Of a stretch of DNA of 64,000 bases, positions 22,204 through 33,880 are shown piece by piece. The notes beneath the pieces are model-generated. The model saw only the letters and a list, made by a program, of their open reading frames with translations. It was not told the DNA's origin and did no database searches. The translations under genes were made by a program, and so were the position numbers. Numbering within the stretch: the stretch's first letter is position 1; each line of letters opens with the position of its first letter. The DNA comes from Camelus ferus (Eukaryota): positions 43,030,001 through 43,094,000 of the forward strand of contig NC_045696.1 in assembly GCF_009834535.1 (NCBI RefSeq), given 5' to 3'.

Positions 22204-25200
22204 TTAGATTCCACATATGAGCAATCTCATATGGTATTTTTCTTTCTCTTTCTGGCTTACTTCACTTAGAATGACATTCTCCAAGAGCATCCATGTTGCT
22301 GCAAATGGCATTATGTTGTCGGTTTTTATGGCTGAGTAGTATTCCATTGTATAAATATACCACCTCTTCTTTATCCAGTCACCTGTTGATGGACATTTAG
22401 GCCTGTTTCCATGTTTTGACTATTGTAAATAGTGCTGCTATGAACATTGGGGTGCAGGTGTCATCCTAAAGTAGATTTCCTTCTGGATACAGGCCCAGGA
22501 GTGGGATTCCTGGGTCATATGATAAGTCTATTCCTAGTCTTTTGAGGAATCTCCACACTGTTTTCCATAGTGGGTGCACCAAACTGCATTCCCACCAGCA
22601 GTGTAAGAGGGTTCCCCTTTCTCCACAGCCTCTCCAGCATTTGTTGTTTGTGGATTTTTGAATGACGGCCATTCTGACTGGTGTGAGGTGATACCTCATT
22701 GTAGTTTTGATTTGCATTTCTCTGATAACTAGTGATATTGAGCATTTTTTCATGTGCTTTTTGCTCATTTGTATGTCTTCCTTGGAGAATTGCTTGTTAA
22801 GGTCTTCTGCCCATTTTTCGATTGGGTTGTTTATTTTTTTCTTATTGAGTCATATGAGCTGCTTATATATTCTGGAGATCAAGGCTTTGTCAGTTTCACT
22901 TGCAAAAATTTTCTCCCATTCCGTAGGTTTTCTTCTTGTTTTACTTCTGGTTTCCTTTGCTGTGCAGAAGCTTGTAAGTTTCATTAGGTCCCATTTGTTT
23001 ATACTTGCTTTTATTTCTTCTAGGAGAAAATTTTTGAAATGTATGTTAGATAATGTTTTGCCTATGTTTTCCTCTAGGAGGTTTATTGTATCTTGTGTTA
23101 TGTTTAAGTCTTTAATCCATTTTGAGTTGATTTTTGTATATGGTGTAAGGGAGTGTTCTAGCTTCATTGTTTTACATGCTGCTGTCCAGTTTTCCCAACA
23201 CCATTTGCTGAAGAGACTGTCTTTATTCCAATGTATATTCTTGACTCCTTTGTCAAAGATCAGTTGACCAAAAGTTTGTGGGTTCATTTCTGGGCTCTCT
23301 ATTCTGTTCCATTGGTCTATATGTCTGTTTTGGTACCAATACCATGCTGTCTTGATGACTGTAGCTCTATAGTATTGTCTGAAGTCTGGGAGAGTTATTT
23401 CTCCAGCCTCTTTCTTTCTCTTCAGTAAAGCTTTGGCAACTCTAGGTTTTTGATGGTTCCATATAAATTTTATTATGATTTGTTCTAGTTCTGTGAAGTA
23501 TGTCCTGGGTAACTGGATAGGGATTGCATTAAATCTGTAGATTGCCTTGGGCAGTGTGACCATTTTAACAATATTGATTCTTCCAATCCAAGAGCATGGA
23601 GTATCTTTCCATTTTTTAAAGTCTTCTTTAATTTCCTTCATCAGTGGTTTATAGTTTTCTGTGTATAATTCTTTCACCTCCTTGGTTAGATTTATTCCCA
23701 GATATTTTATTACTTTGGGTGCTATTTTAAAGGGGATTGTTTCTTTACTTTCTTCTTCTGTTGATTTATCGTTAGTGTAAAGAAATGCAACTGATTTTTG
23801 AACGTTAATGTTGTAACCTGCTACCTTGCTGAATTCTTCAATCAGCTCTAGTAGCTCTTGTGTGGACCTTTTAGGGTTTTCTATATATAGTAACATGTCG
23901 TCGGCATATAGTGACACTTTTACCTCTTCTTTTCCAATTTGGATCCCTTTTATTTCTTTCTCTTGCCTGACTGCTGTGGCTAGGACTTCCAGGACTATGT
24001 TGACTAGGAGTGGTGATATTGGGCATCCTTGTCTTGTCCCAGATTTTAGTGGGAAGCTTTTGAGCTTTTCACCGTTGAGTACTATGCTGGCTGTAGGTTT
24101 GTCATATATAGCTTTTATTATGATGAGGTATGTTCCCTCTATACCCACTTTGGCGAGAGTTTTTATCATAAATGGGTGTTGAATTTTATCAAATGCTTTT
24201 TCTGCATCGATTGAGATGATCATGTGGTTTTTGTCCTTTCTCTTGTTGATGTGATGTATTACACTGATTGATTTGCGTATGTTGAACCAGCCTCGTGTCC
24301 CTGGGATGAACCCCACTTGGTCATGATGTATCATCTTTTTTATGTGTTGTTGGATTCTATTTGCTAAAATTTTGGTGAGGATTTTGGCGTCTATGTTCAT
24401 CAGTGATATTGGCCTATAATTCTCTTTTTTTGTAGTGTCTTTGCCTGGTTTTGGTATCAGGGTGATGGTGGCTTCATAGAATGAGTTTGGGAGTATTCCC
24501 TCCTTTTCAATCGTCTGGAAGAGTTTGAGAAGGACTGGTATGAGTTCTTCTTTGTATGTTTGGTAGAATTCCCCGGTGAAGCGTCCGGTCCTGGACTTTT
24601 ATTTGTAGGGAGGTTTTTAATTGCTATTTCTATTTCCTTTCTAGTGATCGGATTGTTCAAGTGTTCAGATTCTTCTTGATTCAGTTTTGGTGGACAGTAT
24701 GTTTCCAGAAACTTGTCCATCTCCTCTAGGTTATCCAGTTTGGTTCCATATAGTTTTTCATAATATTCTCGTATGATATTCTGTATTTCTATTTTGTTTG
24801 TTGTAATTTCTCCATTTTCCTTTCTTATTTTGCTAATTTGTGCTCTCTCTTTTTTCTTCTTTGTGAGTTTGGCCAGAGGTTTGTCGATTTTATTTACTTT
24901 TTCAAAAAACCAGCTTTTGGTTTGGTTGATTTTTTCTATGGTCTTGTTAATCTCTATTGTATTTAATTCCTCTCTGATCTTTATTATTTCCTTCCTTCTG
25001 CTGCTTTTTGGGGCTTTTTGTTCTTCTTTGTCTAATTCATTCAGGTGGTGGGTTAAATTGTTTATTTGAGATTGTTCTTCTTTTTTTGAGGAAGGCCTGT
25101 ATCGCTATAAACTTCCCTCTTAGCACTGCCTTTGCTGTGTCCCATAGGTTTTGAGTGGTTGTGCTTTCATTCTCATTTGTCTCAAGGTATTTTTTAATTT

Positions 25201-25992
25201 CAGCTTTGATTTCCTCATTGATCCATTGTTTTTTCAATAACATATTGTTTAATCTCCATGCTTTCCTTTTTTTCTCCTTTGTTTCTCTGTTGTTGATTAT
25301 CCAGTTTCATGGCATTGTGGTCAGTAAAGATGCTTGAGATAATTTCTATCTTCTTAAAATTGTTGAGGTTCCTTTTGTGCCCAAGTACATGATCGATCCT
25401 GGAAAATGTTCCATGTGCACTTGAAAAGAATGTATATCCTATTTTTGGGGGGTGTAATGCTCTGAAAATATCCACCAAATCTAGTTTTTCTATTGTAGTA
25501 TTTAATTTCTCTGTTGCCTTGTTTTCTGTCTGGAAGATCTGTCTAGTGATGTTAATGCAGTGTTAAAATCTCCAACTATGATTGTATTCCCATCAATATC
25601 CCCCTTTATCTCTGTTAGTAATTCTTGTATGTACTTAGGTGCTCCTATATTGGGTGCATATATATTAACGAGTGTAATATCCTCATCTTGTATCACTCCT
25701 TTAATCATTATAAAATGTCCTTCTTCTTTATGGCCTTTGTTTTAAAGTCTATTTTGTCTGAAATCAGTACTGCAACACCTGCTTTTTTGGCTTTTCCATT
25801 TGCATGGAATATCCTTTTCCATCCTTTCACTCTCAATCTATATGTGTCCTTCTCCCTAAAGTGGGTCTCTTGTATGCAGCATATTGAAGGTTCTTGCTTT
25901 ATTATCCAGTCTGCCACTCTGTGTCTTTTGACTGGAGCATTTAGTCCATTAACATTTACAGTAATTAATGATAGATGTGTGTTTATTGCCAT
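22204..25992 (-). pseudogene. L1 ORF2p (APE endonuclease, reverse transcriptase, Cys-rich domain), disrupted
   Basis: EN motifs: TVNVNGLN, CCIQETH, NIYAPN, VGDFNT, SRIDHVL, FTDHN. RT motifs: [38 protein letters not shown] knuckle: [18 protein letters not shown]. Lesions: frameshifts near 25725, 25520, 25298, 25085, 24583 and 22402, and stops at 22850 and 22466. Confidence 0.97.
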
Positions 25993-26255
25993 TTTGAACT
26001 TATCTTTGCAGTTGAATTGGTATATCCTCTTTGTTCCTTTCTTCTTCCTTTTGTGGTTTGGTAATTTTCCTTTGTATTATCATGGATTTTATTTAATTTT
26101 TGTGACTCCCTTGTAAATTTTTGGCTTGTGGTTACCCTTTTCTGTAAGTCTATTAGCCCATTACTGTATCTCGAACCCATCCTACTGAGAACAAAAGTTA
26201 TCACCGTCTCCAGTTGTGAGTTTCTCATTTCTGTAGCATCCTGCTGCTTTTCTAT

Positions 26256-27150
26256 TTAGAATAGCCCTTTCAATATTTCTTTTAGCATGGGTTTAGTGTT
26301 GCTAAACTCCTGCAGCTTTTTTTTTGTCTGTGAAACTCTTTATTTCTCCTTCTATCCTCAAGGATAGCCTTGCTGGATAAAGGATCCTAGGCTGCATCTT
26401 TTTTTCATTCAGGGCTTTGAATATATCTTGCCACTCCCTTCTGGCCTGTAGTGTTTGTGTAGAGAAATCAGCTGAGAGCCTTATGGGGGTTCCCTTGTAA
26501 CTTACTCTTTGCTTTTCTCTTGCTGCCTTTAGAATCATTTCTTTCTCCTTGACTCTGGCCATCTTGATTATGATATGTCTTGGTGTGGGTCTATTTGGGT
26601 TCTTCCTGTTTGGGACCCTCTGAGCTTCCTGTACTTGGATATCTGATTCCTTCTTTAAGTTTGGGAAGTGTTCAGTCACGATTTCTTCAAAAACCTTTTC
26701 AATCCCCTTTGATCTTTCTTCTCCTTCTGGGACCCCTATTATGCGAAGATTGGGAAGCTTTATATTATCCCATAGGTCCCTTATGCTATTTTCATTATTT
26801 TTTATTTGCTTATCTTGTAGTTCTTCTGAATGGGTGCTTTCTATTGCCCTGTCTTCTAGATCACTAATTCGTTCCTCTGCATTATCTAGTCGGCTTTGCA
26901 CAGCTATTAGATCATTCCTCATCTCTGTCAATGAGTTTACCCATTCTACTTGGCTCTTCTTTATAGCTTCAATTTCATTTTTGACATATTTTATATCTCT
27001 AAACACTATCTCTTTTAATTCCTTCAGCAATTCGATCACTCTTTTTTTGAAATCTTGATCTAGTAGGCTATCGATGTCTATTTCGTTGATCTTTCTTTCA
27101 GGGGATTTCTCTTGTTCTTTTAATTGGGAAAGGTTTTTCTGCTTCTTCAT
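26256..27150 (-). pseudogene. L1 ORF1p with a single +1 frameshift near the C-terminus
   Basis: The 282-aa ORF has a coiled coil, PRHIIIK, ARREW and ILYPARLS. An A9 run at about 26317-26325 (A8 restores the frame) leads to LQEFSNTKPMLKEILKGLF*. The span is 895 nt = 3n+1. Confidence 0.95.
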
Positions 27151-27599
27151 CTTGCCTCTTTGGCACTGTGGTTTACGGAGTATCAGTTGTTTATTTTGGT
27201 CCTTAAGGATTTTATCTATCTGTTGCCTATTTAGGAATAGAACTTAGGAAAAAAAGAAAAAAAAATAAGAGAGAGAAAGAATTTTAAAAGAAGGGAGAAA
27301 GAGGGTTTGAAAACAGTGTATAATGAATAATAGAAGAGTGAGTTGAAGCAGAGTATTAATCGGGTTGAGACGTCCTTTTAAAACCTTTAGAAAAAAAGGG
27401 GGGTAGATGAATAGATGTATTTGAAACCTGTGTCTAATCAATACCAGGACATCAAAACCCAAGAGAAATAGAAATGAATTAAGAAGTAAAGATTTAGAGA
27501 GTAATAGAAAATAGAACAGGTAAAAACAGATTTAAAAAAAAAAAGGGGGGGGGTGTTCTCCTGGAGTCTGTGTGCTTTTAATGTGAAGTCTTTCTGTCT

Positions 27600-28814
27600 T
27601 CGCCCTGTTTTGGAAGCTCAGCTTGCTGTTTTAAGAGGCCCTCCGTTGGCGCCCTCTTCTGTGCTGCTCCCAGCACCTGTTGGCAAGCTGATCGCGCCTC
27701 CTCCTATCACTGGGTCAGGTGCCGCTCTCTGCTGTGGCCGGGCGGGTCGCTGCCCCTCCGGATGCCATAGTCAGACGTTGCAGACTGGCCAGGTAGGAGG
27801 GCGGGTCTTGCCCCTTCCCAGCACCTCGGTCAGGGGCTGTGTTCCTGCCGGAAAGGCAGGGGGGCCGCTCTCCCTCTACCTGCGCAGCTGGTAGTTCCGC
27901 TCTCTGTGCGGCTGCGCACTCCGCCCTGGTCGGCGCTCCGCAGGTGGGCTCGGGGAAGACCGAGGGACAGCCCTGTCCCTGCTCCGAGCCAGAACCCAGC
28001 TCCTTGTTTGTCTTTGTGGAGCAAGTTCTCTGAGGGACCAGGATGGAAGGATCCTATCTGCCCCAGACTGCAGGCCAGTCTCAGTCTGGCCTTTGAGGCT
28101 GCTAAGCCCTTTGGTGCGGATGCAGGTTTCGCTCCTGCCCCCGCCTGAGTGCTCAGCGCAGAGGATATGGCGGCTGTGCCTGAGCCCCGCCTCTCTTCCC
28201 CCGAAAACTTTCCGCGGGTTTTCAGAGATGGGGGTGTGCACCCTTCCTCCGAGAGCACATCAACCGTGCTGTTTTATGGAGGGCCCAGGTTGTTCTGCCC
28301 TGTGCACCCACAGCCATGGCGGCAGCCCCTTGCGTTCCCCCGGGGCTGCCTCCGTGCAGCCACTTCCGTCCTCCTCCCGGCTTGTGCAGCCTGGCCCTGC
28401 CCGCCGCTGCCGGCCCGCCTCTCAGGCTGGGTGTCGGGGGGACGCTCTGTGCCCGTTTAACTTAGTTCTGTTAGTCAAGGGCTGCTCTGTACAGATCCGA
28501 GCCTCGGAGGCTCCCCCTCCCTCCTGCTGGCCTCTCAGTTGGAGAGAGGAGGCCCAGCTGAGCGAGCGCCAGTCCTCCTTTGCCGCTCCCTCCCCGCGGG
28601 ACCAGTCCGGCGCTGCTTTGCCTTTTGTTCTTTCTTTTTTCCTTTTCTCCTACCAGATTTTTGACGTCTTTATCCTTTGAAGAGGGCGATGTTCTGTCGG
28701 AGTTCCACAGGTGCTCTGGTTGGCTGAGTGGGTCCGTAGATGTGGGTCTTGGTGTATTTGTGGGAGAGGGTGACCTGCGAGCGTCTTTCTACTCCGCCAT
28801 CTTCTCCGTCTCTC
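27600..28814 (-). promoter_or_regulatory. CpG-rich L1 internal promoter with YY1 site (28794-28803)
   Basis: The most CpG-dense stretch in the window. The - strand 5' end reads GAGAGACGGAGAAGATGGCGG, containing the YY1 consensus AAGATGGCGG. Confidence 0.85.
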
Positions 28815-29899
28815 CTTTTTTTTTTAGTTTTTATATAATTGAATTTATCAGTCTGTTATATATAATGGCTCTGGATTCTGCTATAATTAGAAAAACTTCT
28901 TTCCTCTAATATGTATGTATGTATCTATGCATTTATTTGAAAACATGTAAATATATATTGCATACTTTTGTCTAATATTTTAATGTTTATTGTTTACATT
29001 TAAATTTTAGATTCATTTATAATCTGTGTTGCATGGCAAGAAATGTATCTGCCTTTAATTTTTTCAACTATCTGGATTTTTCTTCCCCAAACAATTTCAC
29101 ATGTTGATTTTAAATGAACTTAATTCTGAATTCATTTATCATATATTACATTCCTAAATACATTTAAGTAACTTCTAGACTTTGTCGACTCTTCAGTCTA
29201 TATCTTTATGTATTATTATTGTACTATTATCAATTACTATTTACTTTATAATATAAAAATTCATTTGTACATATAATTTTTAAAGGAAAATCTGGTAAAG
29301 TTAGTACAGCATTTTGATCATATCGGTTACTCTTATTTTTTGGAATTTCACAGATAGTTCTTACTTCTCCACATTAAGATTTGGGCTATTAAAGTCAGGA
29401 ACTGAGACTTAAGACATTTTTATTTAATGCAATGAATAGCACAGTGCCCAATGCCTAAAACAAAGTAAGTGAATCATAGAATATTTGCTGAATTAAATTG
29501 CAATTACTTTAAAATAATAGCACCACAAAACTGGTCTTTCATCTAGGGAATTAGATAGGGGATGCCGATTTGAAATTTTCTGTGCAGATAACACACAACT
29601 GCCAGACAAGAAAGAAGTGAAGGCATGAAATAACAGAAGCCCACAGGACTTGTGGTAGTTTTGATGATGGGAAGGGCAATGACAGCATTTCTGGATAAGT
29701 ATGTTATTTGTATTAATATCATAGTTTGAAACTCACGTAACTCCTTACTAGTAAACTAACCATGAGTATTGTATCCTGTTAGATCACTTGTCAAGGATAG
29801 ACTCTAGAAGAGATTCATTGATCAGCTGAATATGCAAACATTTCTCCTTATCCTGATAACAGGACTCTCACTTTCAAGAATCCTGTTTTCCATCTTCCA

Positions 29900-30343
29900 T
29901 TTGCATGGTTCCCTTGGACCTGATCTAAACCCTCGTTCCAGAGTTGGGTATAAAATCTGGGCTTGTTAATCAGATCCTTACCCCTGTCCACAGTGGATGG
30001 TACTCAATTCAAGGCAGGCTGGTCAGAAGTACTCATTTCAAGTACTTCTAGTGAAACTAAAGAGGAGAGAAATACTTATCTCTCACACACACACTGTGAG
30101 AATGTAGGACTGGAGGGCTGGGGGTCCATCATGTTGCAGGATGTTGTCTGAAAATGAAAGTAAAGCACAAAGAAGGATAAATCAGCCCAGTGGGAGAGGT
30201 TACTGCTCCAGATGTCATCATTTGAACCCCTGGATCCAGCTGTGAGTTTTCATTTATGTATGCCAGTAATGTCCATCAAAAAAGACTCAAGCTTGTACGA
30301 CTTGAATTTTTTTCATTTGCAACTGAACACCTTGACCAATACA
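29900..30343 (+). mobile_element. Old MaLR (MLT1J/K-like) LTR
   Basis: Motifs catcatttgaacccctggatccagctgtg and terminal catttgcaactgaacaccttgaccaataca. Confidence 0.65.
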
Positions 30344-30889
30344 CACCATTCTTAGGATCATGTTTGAAATAGTTCTTGAGCTATTTTGTTCATTCAGGTT
30401 TGTATGTTTGTGTGTGTGTGTGTTTGTTTTCTTTATGGAACAGATTGTATTTTTTCCTAAGTACTCAATAGAGTACTCTGAACATCCTGGCAATGATGTT
30501 GGCTCTGATGGGTTACACAAGATACTTGCCTACATCACTTATTTTAAGAAATTTGTATAGGTTTTCCCTTTTCCCCCCAGAGATTTACATAAACTTTTCA
30601 TATCCCTTATAGGAATTTGATGAAACATAAAGCTGACAATTCACACCTTAAAATTCAACACTGTGAAACTTATCTTTTTTTAGAGTCAATTCTCCAGTTG
30701 GGTGCAGAATAATCTTAAAATATTTAAAAACTTGTTAAAGTCTCCAGAAAATATATATAGCAGCAGCATTCAGGAAAGTATAGAGAGGAGTAGATAAATT
30801 TTCAATCTTATGTATAGAAACCATTCCCACTACCCTTGGCCCATTGGTTGATCTTTCATGCATGGCAACATAAGGAAGGACTAGGGTAA

Positions 30890-30890
<1 letters not shown>

Positions 30891-30921
<31 letters not shown>

Positions 30922-30922
30922 C
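30891..30922. repeat. (AAAAC)n microsatellite
   Basis: Read directly from the sequence. Confidence 0.95.
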
Positions 30923-31529
30923 AGAAAGAGAAGTGAAACTGTACCAGAGATGGTGGCAAAAGAACAGTGTTTGGTGTCTTAAAATCTGACAGCAGTTTAG
31001 AGCAGTACCACATGACTTATGATGGTAGTATGTGTTTTCCATGTGCTGGTGGTCAGAGATTTCTCAAATTTGTTCAACTACATTTACTACTGAGGACTAG
31101 TTGTGCTAGACTGTTACTGCAATGTCCAGGAGACATGTGACTTGTAGGCTGCATAAAAGAATGGCAAAAAAGAAAATGATGGGGCACTTACTAATTTCCA
31201 AAATGGTATGCAAGATATGCAATTAGGAATATGTGTTAAAAACATTATATTTGTTCTTATTTCTGAATCATAAAATACTGCTTTCCTATGACCCTGCCTT
31301 GGTGCTTTTGCTCTCTAGGCAACCTTTTATTCAGTCCCTGTGACAAAGGTACAGACGACATCTGCCATGTTCTTTGAACCAGTAAAAACAGTCATTTGAA
31401 GAAAAAAGGAAATGAAAAATAATGAGCAAGGATGATTGTTTTTTTTTTCCATTATCTTTTGTTTAAAATTTTATTTCCCTTGGTCTCAGGTGCATTGTTT
31501 GCACTATGAAGTAATTCATTCTGTGTCAT

Positions 31530-31680
31530 CAAGTGATAACTGTGCACCTGCCAACTATCATAGCGAAAACAGAGAAGACCCACACCCTACATTAACTGTT
31601 CTCTGACAGATAACCACATCAAATCTTTATTTTATCTTGGACCTGTTTCAGCAAAGAAGCAGTGATTGTGTGGTTCTGTT
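31530..31680. promoter_or_regulatory. Candidate enhancer: GATA/RUNX/KLF/E-box cluster
   Basis: GATA: TGATAA 31534, CTATCA 31555, AGATAA 31608, TTATCT 31632. E-box CACCTG 31545. KLF CCCACACCC 31579. RUNX AACCACA 31612 and TGTGGTT 31669. The region appears to be unique sequence. Confidence 0.4.
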
Positions 31681-32899
31681 TGTGAAAAGTCTGCATTTGT
31701 ATGCTTTAGGGTTTTTGTATGTGCTATTTATACCTTGAAAGCTTACATAGGTAAATTTATATTACAAGTTAAAGATTCCTTAAAAAGTCAGTGTCTTCAC
31801 AGGATGCTCTGTAGACTGTTAATTTTCACTCTTTAATAATTGTATTGTGCTTATAAAGATTTAAAGGATAAAAGTATCATAAGTGAGAAAATTACAACAT
31901 TGAAAGTAGGATACCTTTATAATTATTAGTGAGTCAGTTTTTCTGTTTTAATTTCTTATGCTACCTAGATTGGGAGCACTTTCAAATGAAGGCATGTAGG
32001 AGTAAGTTGGAATTACATGGGGAAAATAAAAGAAGAAGAGCTCCTGTCTATTTAAAGCATTAGAGCATTCTGTCCACTAGGGTTTCCTCCCTGGTCCATA
32101 TTATGATCCTGAGAAATTGTCCCAGGAAAAGGTGTGGTCACAAGAACAAGTCCTCCTTGTTTACAGAAGTGCACGTGCACTTGTCTCATTTCCTCAGGTC
32201 ACCCAATTTTCAGTTATTACTCACTTTCATAAAGTTCATGAAGACTTTCAAAATATTCCAGCTGTGGAAGAGAAAAATGATCTTGACTAAACTAGGAGAA
32301 GATCCACCCTCTATGAGTAATCTCTTTAATAAGGTTTCTTCATTCTGCAGGCACAGTGACTAATACTGAATCCACAGATTTATCTATATGCCAAATGGGA
32401 ATACAAGGGACATAAGAGAAAGACTTATTTTTTTCCTGAGGAGATTCTTTCTTTAGTCTGCTACCAGCAAGCAAAGAAGAGAATGCAGCTGAATCATGAT
32501 CATTTTGGAAGCTCCAAACAAATGCAAACAAACAAAAACCAAAGCAACTATAATTTCTTTTATGAATGCATAGAATAATTTACAGGTAATGGGGAAAATT
32601 TCTTTTTAACCAAGATAAAATTTGAAAAACTGTTAAAGGATTATGTTTATCTTAAGTAATTATAGAAGATGAGTACAGGTTATGCAAAGAAAAAGATTTT
32701 GACTTAGCATTACCTGAAGATTTTTAGCAGGATTGCTCAATGTAAAAAGTAAGTTTCTTGATAGAATTTTTCAAATGTTAGATGGATCAGTCTTCAGAGA
32801 AATGCTCCATGAATTCTTACATGAAATGAGTTGTTTCCTTTAAAAATAAAAGTGCAAATTTCTAATGTTTATTGCATCCCTGCCATGTCCAAAAATATC

Positions 32900-33290
32900 A
32901 TTTAATCAGTTTGTGTAAGTTACCCCAGGCATCCTCCCAACTCCTAGATGTGGTAAGGAATGTACTGAAGAAGAGAAAGAATAGAGATTGGGCAGAGGGG
33001 GGCGCTGGGTTCTGCAATGTCACCACAACACCTGAGCCAACTCTGCGGACTCAAGGTGAGATGGCCCTTTAGATATTCCTGATTTGAGGGAGGGGGCAGC
33101 ATCCATCATTATTACTCCCATGTGGATCACTGGTAAACGGCTATCTCAAGAATGACGCTTGGGGTGGTAGCTTCATTCAGCTCAGGTGACTCCCAGTGGA
33201 GCTTGATGACTGGCACCTGAGTGAATTTATCCCTCAGTCATGAAAGGAGCATCTGACCTTGGTTCACAGGATCCGTGACACTAGCCCAGT
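32900..33290 (-). mobile_element. ERVL-class (LTR16-like) LTR fragment
   Basis: agattgggcagaggg...gatggccctttagatattcctgatttgagg resembles the antisense LTR16 consensus as I recall it. Confidence 0.6.
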
Positions 33291-33659
33291 AGCTTATTGG
33301 TCCACCAAAGTATTGCTGGTCACGTCCTTTCCCCGGACTATCTCAAAGTACATTTCTTTAGCTCTTTTAACCTTAGTTAAAAGAAACCCCCTTAAATTAA
33401 CACTGTATGTTATTGCTGGCTCATTCTTTTTGGTGACATTTCAGGCTGTGTACAGTGAGTATCATAACCTGAGGAGACCTGGTTAAATTTCATCTTTTAG
33501 CTGAGTCTCCTGCCACAGGTTCACTTAACAAATATTTATCAACTCTAAGTGCCAAGTCTTTTCCTAGGCACTAGAAATAGAGGGGTTGGGGGGAATCACG
33601 GACTGTACATCAGTGGTATTTCTTAAGTGACTGAGTGACAGGATGGGGAAATAAATAAC

Positions 33660-33880
33660 ACCTCTACTTTTTTTCATACTTAGTATGAACCAAGCACAGT
33701 TTTGAATTTTTTGCATATATTAATGCTTTCAACTCTTGTAACATTGCTGTGTGACAAGCACTACTAAAATTTAAGAAGCTGGCACCAGAAGGTTATAGAA
33801 CTTCTGGGAACCACTCAGGAAACATGTTGCAGCAGGCATTCAGACTCTTAAGTGTTTGCCTCCGAAGTCTATTCTCTGAT
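33660..33880 (-). mobile_element. MIR fragment
   Basis: Antisense MIR motifs: tacttagtatgaaccaagcacagttttgaa..catatattaa..aactcttgtaacattgctgtg. Confidence 0.5.

Larger units (their letters stand above)
21857..28814 (-). mobile_element. Full-length LINE-1 (~6.95 kb), relatively young, retrotransposition-incompetent as written
   Basis: Contains a 5'UTR (27151-28814), ORF1, a 263-bp spacer, ORF2, a 3'UTR, AATAAA at about 21897-21902 and an A-tail. Exact 18-bp TSD cttttttttttagttttt at 21839-21856 and 28815-28832, followed by 'at' (a TTTT/A endonuclease site). Confidence 0.97.
21430..29350 (-). mobile_element. Ancient L1M(E)-like fragment interrupted by the full-length L1
   Basis: T-rich decayed antisense L1 motifs lie on both sides (attgccaaaattctctctaaaa, agctctttatatgttagaga | aatttatcagtc..atggctctggattctg..ttagaaaaacttcttt) and are continuous across the TSD. 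Confidence 0.6.

Noticed and set aside
22707..27058. Several + strand ORFs of 60-186 aa (e.g. 22707..23267, 23826..24182, 25625..26116)
   Set aside because: They are antisense shadows of L1 ORF1 and ORF2, with Phe/Leu/Ser/Ile-rich translations typical of the L1 reverse strand.
27600..28814. CpG island as a host gene promoter
   Set aside because: Fully explained as the 5'UTR of the full-length L1.
32990..33008. CTCF-like motif (GCAGAGGGGGGCGCTG); also ACAGCAGGTGGCC at about 53071
   Set aside because: Both are partial matches lacking the 5' CC core, and the first lies inside an LTR. They cannot be supported without ChIP data.
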